DNA of 35,354 nucleotides. It comes from a virus (Duplodnaviria; Caudoviricetes). Under the pieces are notes generated by a model. It was not told the DNA's origin, did not search any database, and was given only the letters and a program-made list of their open reading frames with translations. The stretch is taken from the IMG/VR virus record IMGVR_UViG_3300005326_000038, positions 1 to 35,354 of that record; one strand, 5' to 3'. Position numbers and translations under genes: made by a program. Shown here one piece after another: positions 17,752 to 25,511 of this stretch. Position 1 is the first letter of the stretch. Every line of letters begins with the position of its first letter.

Positions 17752-18132
17752 TTAGTCCCTCTCGGCGGGTTGCGCCATGTAAATCGTTGCTTTATAAATA
17801 TTGTTGCTTACCCATACTGATGAATTTAACGCAAATCGCCATTTTGATATTTTTTCAAGTTTTTCAAGTAAAAGAGTTGGTTGTGTTACGTCTTCGTCAA
17901 ACGCTATTTTGCTTGTTTTATAAATCTTTCCGTTTGCACATTCGACACGCATATAACCGTTTTCGTTAAATGTTATGCTGATAATTTCGAGTTTCGTTTC
18001 AACTTCCGCACTATCATATTCTTGCTCATATTCTTGATACCTTACGTTTACGCCCCAATAAGCAAATACGAATAGAGCAATAACAGACAAGACAACGAAC
18101 ACTTGCAACGCTATTAAAAGCAGTTTTTTCAT
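17752..18132 (-). CDS. membrane-anchored hypothetical protein
   Basis: N-terminal TM helix followed by a beta-rich soluble domain. Confidence 0.7.
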   Translation of the reverse strand: MKKLLLIALQVFVVLSVIALFVFAYWGVNVRYQEYEQEYDSAEVETKLEIISITFNENGYMRVECANGKIYKTSKIAFDEDVTQPTLLLEKLEKISKWRFALNSSVWVSNNIYKATIYMAQPAERD

Positions 18133-18135
18133 CCC

Positions 18136-18423
18136 CTACTCCTTGCTGGCGGGTTGCGCCTGTAAATAATCCATTATCGCTTGACTCGCAAGTATTCTAC
18201 GATGGTTGTTTCTACTGTGAACCTCTTTAAAATACCTGAATATAAATAACGGAACGACTATGTTGTAGATAATTCCAAGCGTAATGCTTTGAAACTCTAG
18301 CACGCTTTTATAGTCGGTTATTGGTATTAATTGCATTTCTTTGTAGAGTATAATTGCTTTAATAATCACCGATAAAATATAAACAGCCATGATGATAACG
18401 ATAATTAATAGATATGTGTTCAT
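18136..18423 (-). CDS. two-TM membrane protein (start MNTYLLII)
   Basis: GGAGTAGGGG RBS before ATG 18423; two hydrophobic helices. Confidence 0.7.
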   Translation of the reverse strand: MNTYLLIIVIIMAVYILSVIIKAIILYKEMQLIPITDYKSVLEFQSITLGIIYNIVVPLFIFRYFKEVHSRNNHRRILASQAIMDYLQAQPASKE

Positions 18424-18427
18424 TCCC

Positions 18428-19069
18428 CTACTCCCCCTTAACGTATTGCCATGATTGCGGTGCTTTTGTAAGCGGAATCCAATGCGTGCCATCGTGCCAT
18501 TTATGAAAGTTCCACGATGAGAATTCGTTTAGTTCTTTCGGCCGATCGAATATCACGAGGTCGTCAATGTGCCAAGCGCGTATTACTGATTGTTGTTCAT
18601 CAAATCTCTTTTTGCCATAATCGAACATTTCAGTGAATGTTAAACAACTTTTCTTTAACAAATCACTTTTAATTTCCTTTGAATACTCGCAACCTATTTG
18701 ATTATCAATTCCGCGATAAGTAATTTCAAAGTTTAACGGTTTTTCTAAATAGTATGTGTCCGCCTTATTCAGCGTGAACTTGGCGACTACGATGCCGTTT
18801 AAGAAATTGTCTTTTGAGTAAGGAAGTTCACATCCCATAATTTCAACGCTACAGCCATACTTGTATGCTTTTTGGTTTGGCAATATATACAAATCATCAT
18901 TTGCAAATTCCATACAACCAACTCTAAACTTGCTTTTATTTTTCGTCACATAAATGTAAACCTCGCACGGTAACTCTTTCGGAACGCTCTTGCGTATCTC
19001 AACGGTCTTCGTGCCGTTCAAAATCTTTTCAGCCCATTCAGGGCGAACGCTTAACATAATTTGGGTCAT
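18428..19069 (-). CDS. ASCH-domain protein
   Basis: MLSVRPEWAEKILNGTKTVEIRK ... KAPQSWQYV. Confidence 0.9.
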   Translation of the reverse strand: MTQIMLSVRPEWAEKILNGTKTVEIRKSVPKELPCEVYIYVTKNKSKFRVGCMEFANDDLYILPNQKAYKYGCSVEIMGCELPYSKDNFLNGIVVAKFTLNKADTYYLEKPLNFEITYRGIDNQIGCEYSKEIKSDLLKKSCLTFTEMFDYGKKRFDEQQSVIRAWHIDDLVIFDRPKELNEFSSWNFHKWHDGTHWIPLTKAPQSWQYVKGE

Positions 19070-19070
19070 T

Positions 19071-19196
19071 TTAAGCCACCCAATAAACTATTCCTAATAG
19101 AGCAAATGCCCCAATAGCCCCAACAACAATAGCGCTGATATAAAAATATGCTGGGTTGTCTAAATGTTCAACGTGCCAATTCCATAACTTTTTCAT
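19071..19196 (-). CDS. 41-aa single-TM peptide (MKKLWNWHVEHLDNPAYFYISAIVVGAIGAFALLGIVYWVA)
   Basis: hand-translated; GGAGTGG RBS; exactly fills the gap. Confidence 0.6.
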   Translation of the reverse strand: MKKLWNWHVEHLDNPAYFYISAIVVGAIGAFALLGIVYWVA

Positions 19197-19399
19197 TTCA
19201 CCACTCCTTCTTTCCGCAACTCTGCGAGGTCTGATTGCGCTTGCTTACTTCTTGCTACTCGAAATAATTCAGGAAACATATAATCACAATGAATAACAAT
19301 TAATCCACGCCAACCATAACGTTTACAATACGCACTTATCGGTGTGTCATGTAACACAAATCCCAATCTCTCTAACACTTCTTTGTCGTGGGCGGTCAT
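19193..19399 (-). CDS. hypothetical protein (start MTAHDKEVLERLGF)
   Basis: ATGA overlap with the upstream small ORF. Confidence 0.6.
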   Translation of the reverse strand: MTAHDKEVLERLGFVLHDTPISAYCKRYGWRGLIVIHCDYMFPELFRVARSKQAQSDLAELRKEGVVK

Positions 19400-19536
19400 A
19401 TAATCACGCTCATAATGTATGCCCATAAACTTAGCGTGGTAACAATAATAATTGACACGATAATAAGCGCACGCCGTTGTCGGTGAAGGTTACGAACATA
19501 AATCATTTTTTGTCGGTGGAAGTTGTGGGCGGTCAT
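19396..19536 (-). CDS. 46-aa single-TM peptide (MTAHNFHRQKMIYVRNLHRQRRALIIVSIIIVTTLSLWAYIMSVII)
   Basis: hand-translated; ATGA overlaps at both ends. Confidence 0.6.
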   Translation of the reverse strand: MTAHNFHRQKMIYVRNLHRQRRALIIVSIIIVTTLSLWAYIMSVII

Positions 19537-19808
19537 GGGCGAGTGCCTTCGATCTCGGCGATGAGTTCGTTAAGAACCCTTGCGACTTCATCTTGCCAAT
19601 CTGGGTATCGTTGCGGATCAACGTCAAACTCTTCATTAATGCAATCTTCATAATAATCGCGTTTCGCTTTCACCACTTCGAGCGTCTTGTCGGTAGAGAG
19701 GGCGGATGAGATGAGTTTAAAATCTTCATCATCAATCAAGTCTTTTGAGCCTGTAAGATACCCACGCATTTTTATTCTTTCTATCGCCTTTTTCAGTTCT
19801 TCGGTCAT
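19533..19808 (-). CDS. hypothetical protein (start MTEELKKAIERIK)
   Basis: ATGA coupling. Confidence 0.6.
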   Translation of the reverse strand: MTEELKKAIERIKMRGYLTGSKDLIDDEDFKLISSALSTDKTLEVVKAKRDYYEDCINEEFDVDPQRYPDWQDEVARVLNELIAEIEGTRP

Positions 19809-20062
19809 TTTTCGTTGCCTACTTTCAATAGATTGGTTTGTTCTGCAAGTAATGAATCTGGGTAGCCATCTTCTATACACGCAACCCAATTATCATGATG
19901 TTTAAAATATGCAGATAGTTGTGTTTTCAACCCCTCAAGTTCTTTCTCTGTGGCTTCGGATTGGGTGATGTAATCGAGCCAAAAATCATCTTTAGGTAAA
20001 CACACAAACTTTTCTTTTAATTCATTAATTCGTTTAATTCTTGCTTCTTCGTGCTTATTCAT
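19805..20062 (-). CDS. hypothetical protein (start MNKHEEARIK)
   Basis: AAGGGA RBS; coupling. Confidence 0.6.
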   Translation of the reverse strand: MNKHEEARIKRINELKEKFVCLPKDDFWLDYITQSEATEKELEGLKTQLSAYFKHHDNWVACIEDGYPDSLLAEQTNLLKVGNEK

Positions 20063-20933
20063 TTTCTTTCCCTTCCGCGCCGTCTTGGGGCGCACAATCA
20101 TAAATTGTCATTTGGTTAGGCTCTAAACCTCTTATACGATAAACTGCACCAAATAATTTAGTAACATAAGCTCTTTTTTGTGGTGACATTAAAGCCAATT
20201 CAACTTCAGTATGGTTTAATCCCATTCCATAAGGGCAACCAGCACAACCGGTTTGATTAACCCATTGATAAATACTTGGGAGTTCAATGTTATATTGTTT
20301 GTAAATCTCATTCATAAGTTCTTCTGAACAATCCCATAAGGGTGTAAATTTCTTGTCTTGCGTGAAACATGATTTATAACGAGATTTTCTCATTTGAGAT
20401 TCACTTGCCATAATGCCTAATATTGCTTTTCTTCCACTTTCTTTTTCATAATCATGTGATGGTTTTTTCTTTAAATGATAGCAACATAGATTTGATATTT
20501 TAGGCAAACGATCCGCAAGCAACAATTCTCTTGCGTTATTGTTAAGTTTAAACATTGTTTCACCATCATTCCGAGTTCCGTTAATATACATCATTACAGA
20601 TTTGGTGTGGTTGCCTCTTTGATAACGCCCAATAATATCATCGGAATTCTTACTAAAACAAGGTGAGCCATACTGTTCTATAACTTCATGTGGTTTAAGT
20701 TTCGGAGTTAGAACGACATCGGCATACTTAATCATTCTTGAGCTTATTTCAGGAAACTCCATGTAGGTATTAACTGAAACAATCTTGATTTTTGCGTCAT
20801 GTAAAATTTCTTTGATAAACCAATAGAGAAAATGAGAATCTTTGCCACCGCTATATGCGAGATAATATTCATCAAAATTGATTTTAGCAAACTTGCTTTT
20901 TAAATCTTCAATATAGAAATTAACAGCCGTCAT
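20055..20933 (-). CDS. PAPS-reductase-family (PP-loop, Fe-S) protein
   Basis: YSGGKDS PP-loop, CCYHLKKKP and TGCAGCP cluster motifs; start MTAVNF at 20933. Confidence 0.85.
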   Translation of the reverse strand: MTAVNFYIEDLKSKFAKINFDEYYLAYSGGKDSHFLYWFIKEILHDAKIKIVSVNTYMEFPEISSRMIKYADVVLTPKLKPHEVIEQYGSPCFSKNSDDIIGRYQRGNHTKSVMMYINGTRNDGETMFKLNNNARELLLADRLPKISNLCCYHLKKKPSHDYEKESGRKAILGIMASESQMRKSRYKSCFTQDKKFTPLWDCSEELMNEIYKQYNIELPSIYQWVNQTGCAGCPYGMGLNHTEVELALMSPQKRAYVTKLFGAVYRIRGLEPNQMTIYDCAPQDGAEGKENE

Positions 20934-21043
20934 CCCACTCTCCCCCTTCCGCACCTCGTGCAGATGTAACGCTTCTTTCCGCTGTATGTTCGCCCGTCCT
21001 CTCGGTAGCGGTGGCCGATGAGGTGGCAGAGAAGCGAGATCAT
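20930..21043 (-). CDS. 37-aa Zn-ribbon phage peptide (DUF1660-like)
   Basis: MISLLCHLIGHRY...YICTRCG; ATGA overlaps at both ends. Confidence 0.7.
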   Translation of the reverse strand: MISLLCHLIGHRYREDGRTYSGKKRYICTRCGRGRVG

Positions 21044-21660
21044 GAGTTATCTCTTTTCAGATAATTACATATCTCATAAACGTTCGCTTCTACGGTGCAA
21101 AACATTCTTTCGGTAAATGTTTTATTGATTTGCCCGATGGATTTATAGCCAAGCTTATTCATGATAAAATCTTCTCGGTTGTTAAAATTTATTGAGTTGC
21201 CGTTGGCGTCAAACATCTCAATACACGATGTGGGAAACCGCACCTTAACTTTTAGCGGGTCGTCATACGGAAACGTTGAGAACAAAATCATGTTGCCAAT
21301 TCTAAATACTAAATATCTTCTATCGCCATCAAGCGTTTCAACCGAGTATATTTCATCGTTGTCGCCGTCTGTCATTGTGTAATAATGAAGTATTTTTGAT
21401 CGCGCCATCGTTTCTAATTGCTTGATAACTTGCTTTGCTGAACAGTCTTTATAACCCAAATACGCGCCCGTTCCTGAAAAGTATATCGTGTGAATCATTT
21501 TGATGAGCGGTAGTTCCCAATCCCTAATCGTTCCTGATACGAGCCACGCTTTTATTTCTTTGTCAACTTCATCAACGTGCTTTCCAATGTCGGTTAAGTG
21601 TTTTTCGTGATTGATAGCTTGCTCGTCAATGAAACTAAATATATCAAGTTGTCGTTCCAT
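21040..21660 (-). CDS. hypothetical protein (206 aa) with N-terminal QLDIF motif
   Basis: long ORF in the operon. Confidence 0.7.
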   Translation of the reverse strand: MERQLDIFSFIDEQAINHEKHLTDIGKHVDEVDKEIKAWLVSGTIRDWELPLIKMIHTIYFSGTGAYLGYKDCSAKQVIKQLETMARSKILHYYTMTDGDNDEIYSVETLDGDRRYLVFRIGNMILFSTFPYDDPLKVKVRFPTSCIEMFDANGNSINFNNREDFIMNKLGYKSIGQINKTFTERMFCTVEANVYEICNYLKRDNS

Positions 21661-21775
21661 CTTTCTCGCCCTCTATCTTCTTAACCAATTCTGTTAGTAT
21701 TTCCCTGACCTGCGCCTTGCTGTTAATGCCCGATAATTTAAGTAACTCTATGCAACGCTGGAGTTGTGAGGTCAT
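21644..21775 (-). CDS. 43-aa hypothetical peptide (MTSQLQRCIELLKLSGINSKAQVREILTELVKKIEGEKDGTTT)
   Basis: hand-translated; ATGA overlap with the MTase stop. Confidence 0.55.
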   Translation of the reverse strand: MTSQLQRCIELLKLSGINSKAQVREILTELVKKIEGEKDGTTT

Positions 21776-23064
21776 AACGTGGGCTCCATCATATCGAATA
21801 TGTCATATTGCACGATAGCTGATTTAATTCTTGCGTTTGCTATTTCAACATACTTCGGTTCTAATTCCATACCGATATAATTCATCTTTTCTTGCTTTGC
21901 TGCGATAGCGGTTGTGCCACTACCCATGAACGGATCGAGAACAATACCGCCTTTTGGTGTAATCATCCTGCATAGATACCGCATGAGTTCAAGTGGTTTA
22001 ACTGTTGGATGTATGTTGCGTTTTGGTTGCCACCTTCCATAAGGATTCCCGCTTTCACCTTCAATCGCCTTTTCCATGTGATTTGGTCTGAACTCTGCAC
22101 TTGCGGTATATTCTTCCTCAAACCCCCATAAACCCTCGTTGCGTTCGCCCTGTGAAGCCTTAGCGGTGTAAAAGAAACGTGAGGCAGAACCGCTGTCGCC
22201 GTAATTGTCTGGTGCATTTTGTGTGAAGTCGGTCTTTGCAAACCCTAATTGATAAAGGTTTTCGGGCGCCGCTTTTCGTTGAGAACCTTGTTTGAATGTT
22301 CCGCTGCTGTTTTCGTTCGGAAACAACTTAACGACTTCATCGCTTCCATCGTGGATGATGTTGGCGGGGAAACGACCGAGTTCAAGCGGGTAAATATTCC
22401 TGTGGGCTTCATCTCTTCCGGCAACTTGTGTATCGCTGTTTGATATGCCTTGTTGTTGTTGTTCACGCCCATCTCCAACCCTACACCCATCAATGTTCAA
22501 ACCGCCTGTGCCGTATTTCAAAACATTTTCAGCAACAGTGCCTTTGAGTGGCTTACGGCATAAAGTCCATAATTCCATCGCGGGTTTCAGTGCGGTTCCC
22601 CAGCCTTGCCATTGTTGCGCTTTGGGGGTTACTGGCTCCTCTTTTTCGGTTCGTTCGTAGTTAGGCGCTGTCATTGAACCGTTTTCACTTATAATTTCAC
22701 CGTGTTTGCCACGCCAATAACCTGCGGTTTTATCTATCGCCTTGCTAATATCTAAACTTTTCGGGAATCCTGAACCGTAAACCCACGCGACTATATCTCG
22801 AATTTCAAACCCAGCATCCTCAAGGTTTACAGCCATTCGGTGCTGTGTGCGTGTTCCGCAAGCCACAAGTGCGTGTCCGCCGGGTTTCAAGACTCTTAAA
22901 ACTTCTTGCCACAATTCAACAGTAGGAACGTCGTAATCCCACTTCTTGTTCATAAAACTTATTCCGTATGGCGGATCGGTTACAATGCTATCAACCGAGT
23001 TATTTGCCATTTGCTTGAGTAAGTCTAAATTATTTCCTAAATGTATCGTATTAAGTTCTATCAT
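21772..23064 (-). CDS. orphan N4-cytosine/N6-adenine DNA methyltransferase (beta class)
   Basis: TDPPY catalytic motif N-terminal; HPTVKP and DPFMGSGTT SAM-binding motif C-terminal. Confidence 0.92.
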   Translation of the reverse strand: MIELNTIHLGNNLDLLKQMANNSVDSIVTDPPYGISFMNKKWDYDVPTVELWQEVLRVLKPGGHALVACGTRTQHRMAVNLEDAGFEIRDIVAWVYGSGFPKSLDISKAIDKTAGYWRGKHGEIISENGSMTAPNYERTEKEEPVTPKAQQWQGWGTALKPAMELWTLCRKPLKGTVAENVLKYGTGGLNIDGCRVGDGREQQQQGISNSDTQVAGRDEAHRNIYPLELGRFPANIIHDGSDEVVKLFPNENSSGTFKQGSQRKAAPENLYQLGFAKTDFTQNAPDNYGDSGSASRFFYTAKASQGERNEGLWGFEEEYTASAEFRPNHMEKAIEGESGNPYGRWQPKRNIHPTVKPLELMRYLCRMITPKGGIVLDPFMGSGTTAIAAKQEKMNYIGMELEPKYVEIANARIKSAIVQYDIFDMMEPTL

Positions 23065-23068
23065 CTCC

Positions 23069-23296
23069 TTAATCCCATCTGCTCACACCGTAATAGCGGT
23101 CAGGATTCACCGCAAGCTCGTGAGCGTCCTTATATTCTTCGCAAGCGTCATCGCGGAAATAATCGGTTAATTCATCGCGGTATAATTCCTCATCCTCGCC
23201 GTCAGTATAGCCGAGTGCTATAAGCGCACGCTGTAAGTCGCTTTCTTCCACCTCGAACTCGAAGTCGTTGCCGTCAAACTCGTATGTGAGGGTCAT
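23069..23296 (-). CDS. small highly acidic protein (75 aa)
   Basis: 24 D/E versus 6 K/R; RBS GAGGGG. Confidence 0.7.
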   Translation of the reverse strand: MTLTYEFDGNDFEFEVEESDLQRALIALGYTDGEDEELYRDELTDYFRDDACEEYKDAHELAVNPDRYYGVSRWD

Positions 23297-23472
23297 TTCC
23301 CCTCTACTTCCTCTCTCTGAATCTCTTTCCCCTCTCGGTAAAACTTTCCGCCTTGATACGTGATATTACCTTTTCGCCACATCGTTTTTGACTGGCGCGT
23401 GAAGCCTAAGGCGGTTAATTCGTGGCCGGTAAACATCTCGATGATGCTGTTAGTGAGTTCGCTGTTTTTCAT
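23293..23472 (-). CDS. 59-aa hypothetical protein (MKNSELTNSIIEMFTGHELTALGF...)
   Basis: hand-translated; overlaps both neighbours. Confidence 0.6.
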   Translation of the reverse strand: MKNSELTNSIIEMFTGHELTALGFTRQSKTMWRKGNITYQGGKFYREGKEIQREEVEGK

Positions 23473-23711
23473 TCAATCCACCCCAGTTCTTTCATCTGTT
23501 GCGTGATGGCGAAGATTTCAGCACCACTAAATCCATAATCGGTTTCATTATTAATTGATACGGTATTGTCTATTTCCCAAAACATTAATTCTTTTTTAGC
23601 GCCATTACAAGGTTGTTTCCATTCATAATGATTTCCAATGAATCCAAACCCTTCTCGATAATATTTGTGCTCATACCCCAATTTCTCGAACATCTCTTTT
23701 GCGGTCATCAT
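23469..23711 (-). CDS. hypothetical phage protein (MTAKEMFEKLGY...KELGWI)
   Basis: RBS AGGGGG; motif typical of Bacillota phage small proteins. Confidence 0.7.
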   Translation of the reverse strand: MMTAKEMFEKLGYEHKYYREGFGFIGNHYEWKQPCNGAKKELMFWEIDNTVSINNETDYGFSGAEIFAITQQMKELGWIE

Positions 23712-23742
23712 CTTTCCCCCTTTTTAAGCCCGTAGGCTGATT

Positions 23743-23946
23743 TTATACCGCCGTGCGGTAAATTATACCCTCGTGAATTAAAATGTCACAGAGGGCCGTT
23801 TCTGTGTGAAATACGCTACGTCCGTCAAGCATGTACGCGTACCCCGTCCACGAGACCGTGTGTCGGACTCCGTTCGCATCCTCGAGATCGAGCGAGTCGC
23901 CACGCATCTTGATACCGATGAGATACTCCGTTAGTTTCTTGCGCAT
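23743..23946 (-). CDS. hypothetical protein (67 aa)
   Basis: overlaps the HTH gene end. Confidence 0.55.
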   Translation of the reverse strand: MRKKLTEYLIGIKMRGDSLDLEDANGVRHTVSWTGYAYMLDGRSVFHTETALCDILIHEGIIYRTAV

Positions 23947-24152
23947 GTTCTCGCCCGACGTGGCTTACTGCCGTGGTGTCTTACTGGCTTGTCGCTGAGC
24001 CAGACCGTCAGCGCGTCCTCGATGGCGAGCGAGTTGCGCTTGCCGTTCAAATACGCGTTGAGTTGCTTGTAACCGATGCCGAGTTGCACGGCGAGCTCGG
24101 TCTGCGTCATGTGACGGCGCACGAGTTCTAGTTTAATTTTCTGTCTGAGCAT
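23931..24152 (-). CDS. XRE-family HTH regulator
   Basis: MTQTELAVQLGIGYKQLNAYLNGKR. Confidence 0.85.
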   Translation of the reverse strand: MLRQKIKLELVRRHMTQTELAVQLGIGYKQLNAYLNGKRNSLAIEDALTVWLSDKPVRHHGSKPRRARTCARN

Positions 24153-24462
24153 GTGTATTCACCCCTCGTTTTTCCATTTTATATTGCCGTTTGCTTGGCT
24201 TAATATGTCCAACAATTTCAAAATATATCTTATCTGTAAAATATTCATTTGGTTTTGGCATTGCATGATACTCACAATATTTTTTACTTCCATAATATTC
24301 CATTGATGAAGCGAATAGTGCTTGTTGATTTTCTCGCCACACAACATTATAAATAGTTCTTTTCCAATATTGGCTGTGATAATTGCTCTTGATGTGGCAT
24401 AAAATAATGTCATTTTCTTTTATTTCAATTCCATTTTTATCTAATAGCCCTGTCGTTTTCAT
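24133..24462 (-). CDS. YopX-like protein (C-terminal half type)
   Basis: TGLLDKNGIEIKENDI...FEIVGHI. Confidence 0.75.
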   Translation of the reverse strand: MKTTGLLDKNGIEIKENDIILCHIKSNYHSQYWKRTIYNVVWRENQQALFASSMEYYGSKKYCEYHAMPKPNEYFTDKIYFEIVGHIKPSKRQYKMEKRGVNTHAQTEN

Positions 24463-24465
24463 TTC

Positions 24466-24708
24466 TCATTTCCTCCTAATTATATAATAAAATTCTATGA
24501 ATTCCCATACGCACGTTCCTGCTCGGAAGTATTTTAATATGTCGCGCACTTGCTCGTCGTAGTAGATATACACGGGTGCGCCGCCCTGTAACGCCTTGAC
24601 GCTGTCGTATATGAGTCGGTTGTAATCGGTGTTGCGCGCCACGCACGGCCTGCGCTCAGCGATCCAGTTGCACGTCATCGCTAGCGGGTTATTAACGGAT
24701 ATCATCAT
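24466..24708 (-). CDS. hypothetical protein (80 aa)
   Basis: ORF with RBS in operon. Confidence 0.55.
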   Translation of the reverse strand: MMISVNNPLAMTCNWIAERRPCVARNTDYNRLIYDSVKALQGGAPVYIYYDEQVRDILKYFRAGTCVWEFIEFYYIIRRK

Positions 24709-24829
24709 TTACCCCCATAACTACGTAAGCACGTAGCACGTTGCCGTAGCACGGTTTATAACCACGCTCGGCGCACCAGTCGATAAATCGTTGCCACTGG
24801 ATGCCTATTAATACGTCACGGTTATTCAT
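24692..24829 (-). CDS. 45-aa hypothetical peptide (MNNRDVLIGIQWQRFIDWCAERGYKPCYGNVLRAYV...)
   Basis: hand-translated; ATGA overlap upstream. Confidence 0.5.
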   Translation of the reverse strand: MNNRDVLIGIQWQRFIDWCAERGYKPCYGNVLRAYVVMGVNDDIR

Positions 24830-25080
24830 TCTTCATCACACCATTCAGGGTAGTCGCTACCAGCTGGCGCGACTTGTCCGTGCATCAAGTCGTAGGATTT
24901 GAGCATCTTTTCGATGTAGTAATTATCGTGTCCACGCTTGAGAGCGTCAGCAATCCATTTATACTTATTAAAAATAAGTTGCTTGGGTTGAGATGTGCGT
25001 ACAATGGTAACTTCCACGCCGTCGAGCATGAACGTGTCGCCGAGCTTGTGCTGGGCGTTCTGTATGATTGATTTTGTCAT
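24826..25080 (-). CDS. hypothetical protein (84 aa)
   Basis: GAGG RBS, ATGA overlap. Confidence 0.65.
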   Translation of the reverse strand: MTKSIIQNAQHKLGDTFMLDGVEVTIVRTSQPKQLIFNKYKWIADALKRGHDNYYIEKMLKSYDLMHGQVAPAGSDYPEWCDEE

Positions 25081-25418
25081 TTTGCAACCTCGTTTGGCAC
25101 TAATTTATAAAGATAATTTGGCTGTCTTTCAATATGTAATCCGTCAACGTTTGCTTTGTTACGTGCTTTGCTTGTCATAAAATCGCCGAATTGTTCAATG
25201 TAATTATTTTCTCGTTCTTCAAGCGTGTAAACTTCTTTAGCGGTGTAGTAACCAATAACCTTATAATCGGCTGGGTATGTTGCTAATAACATCGTGCCAG
25301 TGCGTTCGTGATATTTTCCGTTGTAGAATAGTACGCTTGTTTCGTCATAGCATTTTAAAGTGTTTCTAACACAGGCTTGAATATAATCCGGTAAAGTGTT
25401 TAATGGTTGGTTTAACAT
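25077..25418 (-). CDS. hypothetical protein, first gene of the accessory operon (113 aa)
   Basis: perfect AAGGAGG RBS behind a consensus promoter. Confidence 0.8.
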   Translation of the reverse strand: MLNQPLNTLPDYIQACVRNTLKCYDETSVLFYNGKYHERTGTMLLATYPADYKVIGYYTAKEVYTLEERENNYIEQFGDFMTSKARNKANVDGLHIERQPNYLYKLVPNEVAK

Positions 25419-25450
25419 TTTTATTTCCTCCTTTTAAATCTTATACCCTT

Positions 25451-25478
25451 ATTATATACCGTTATGCGGATATGTCAA
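25451..25478 (-). promoter_or_regulatory. consensus sigma70/sigmaA promoter for the accessory island
   Basis: TTGACA-16 bp-TATAAT, AT-rich UP region with the inverted repeat GTATTTT-N5-AAAATAC (25481-25499). Confidence 0.8.
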
Positions 25479-25511
25479 CAGTATTTTATAAAAAAATACG
25501 ATATTTTTTAA

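Noticed and set aside
20055-20933. Complete Dnd phosphorothioation system or sulfur-metabolism AMG
   Set aside because: Only a lone PAPS-reductase-fold gene is present; such genes are common in phages and no partners are visible.
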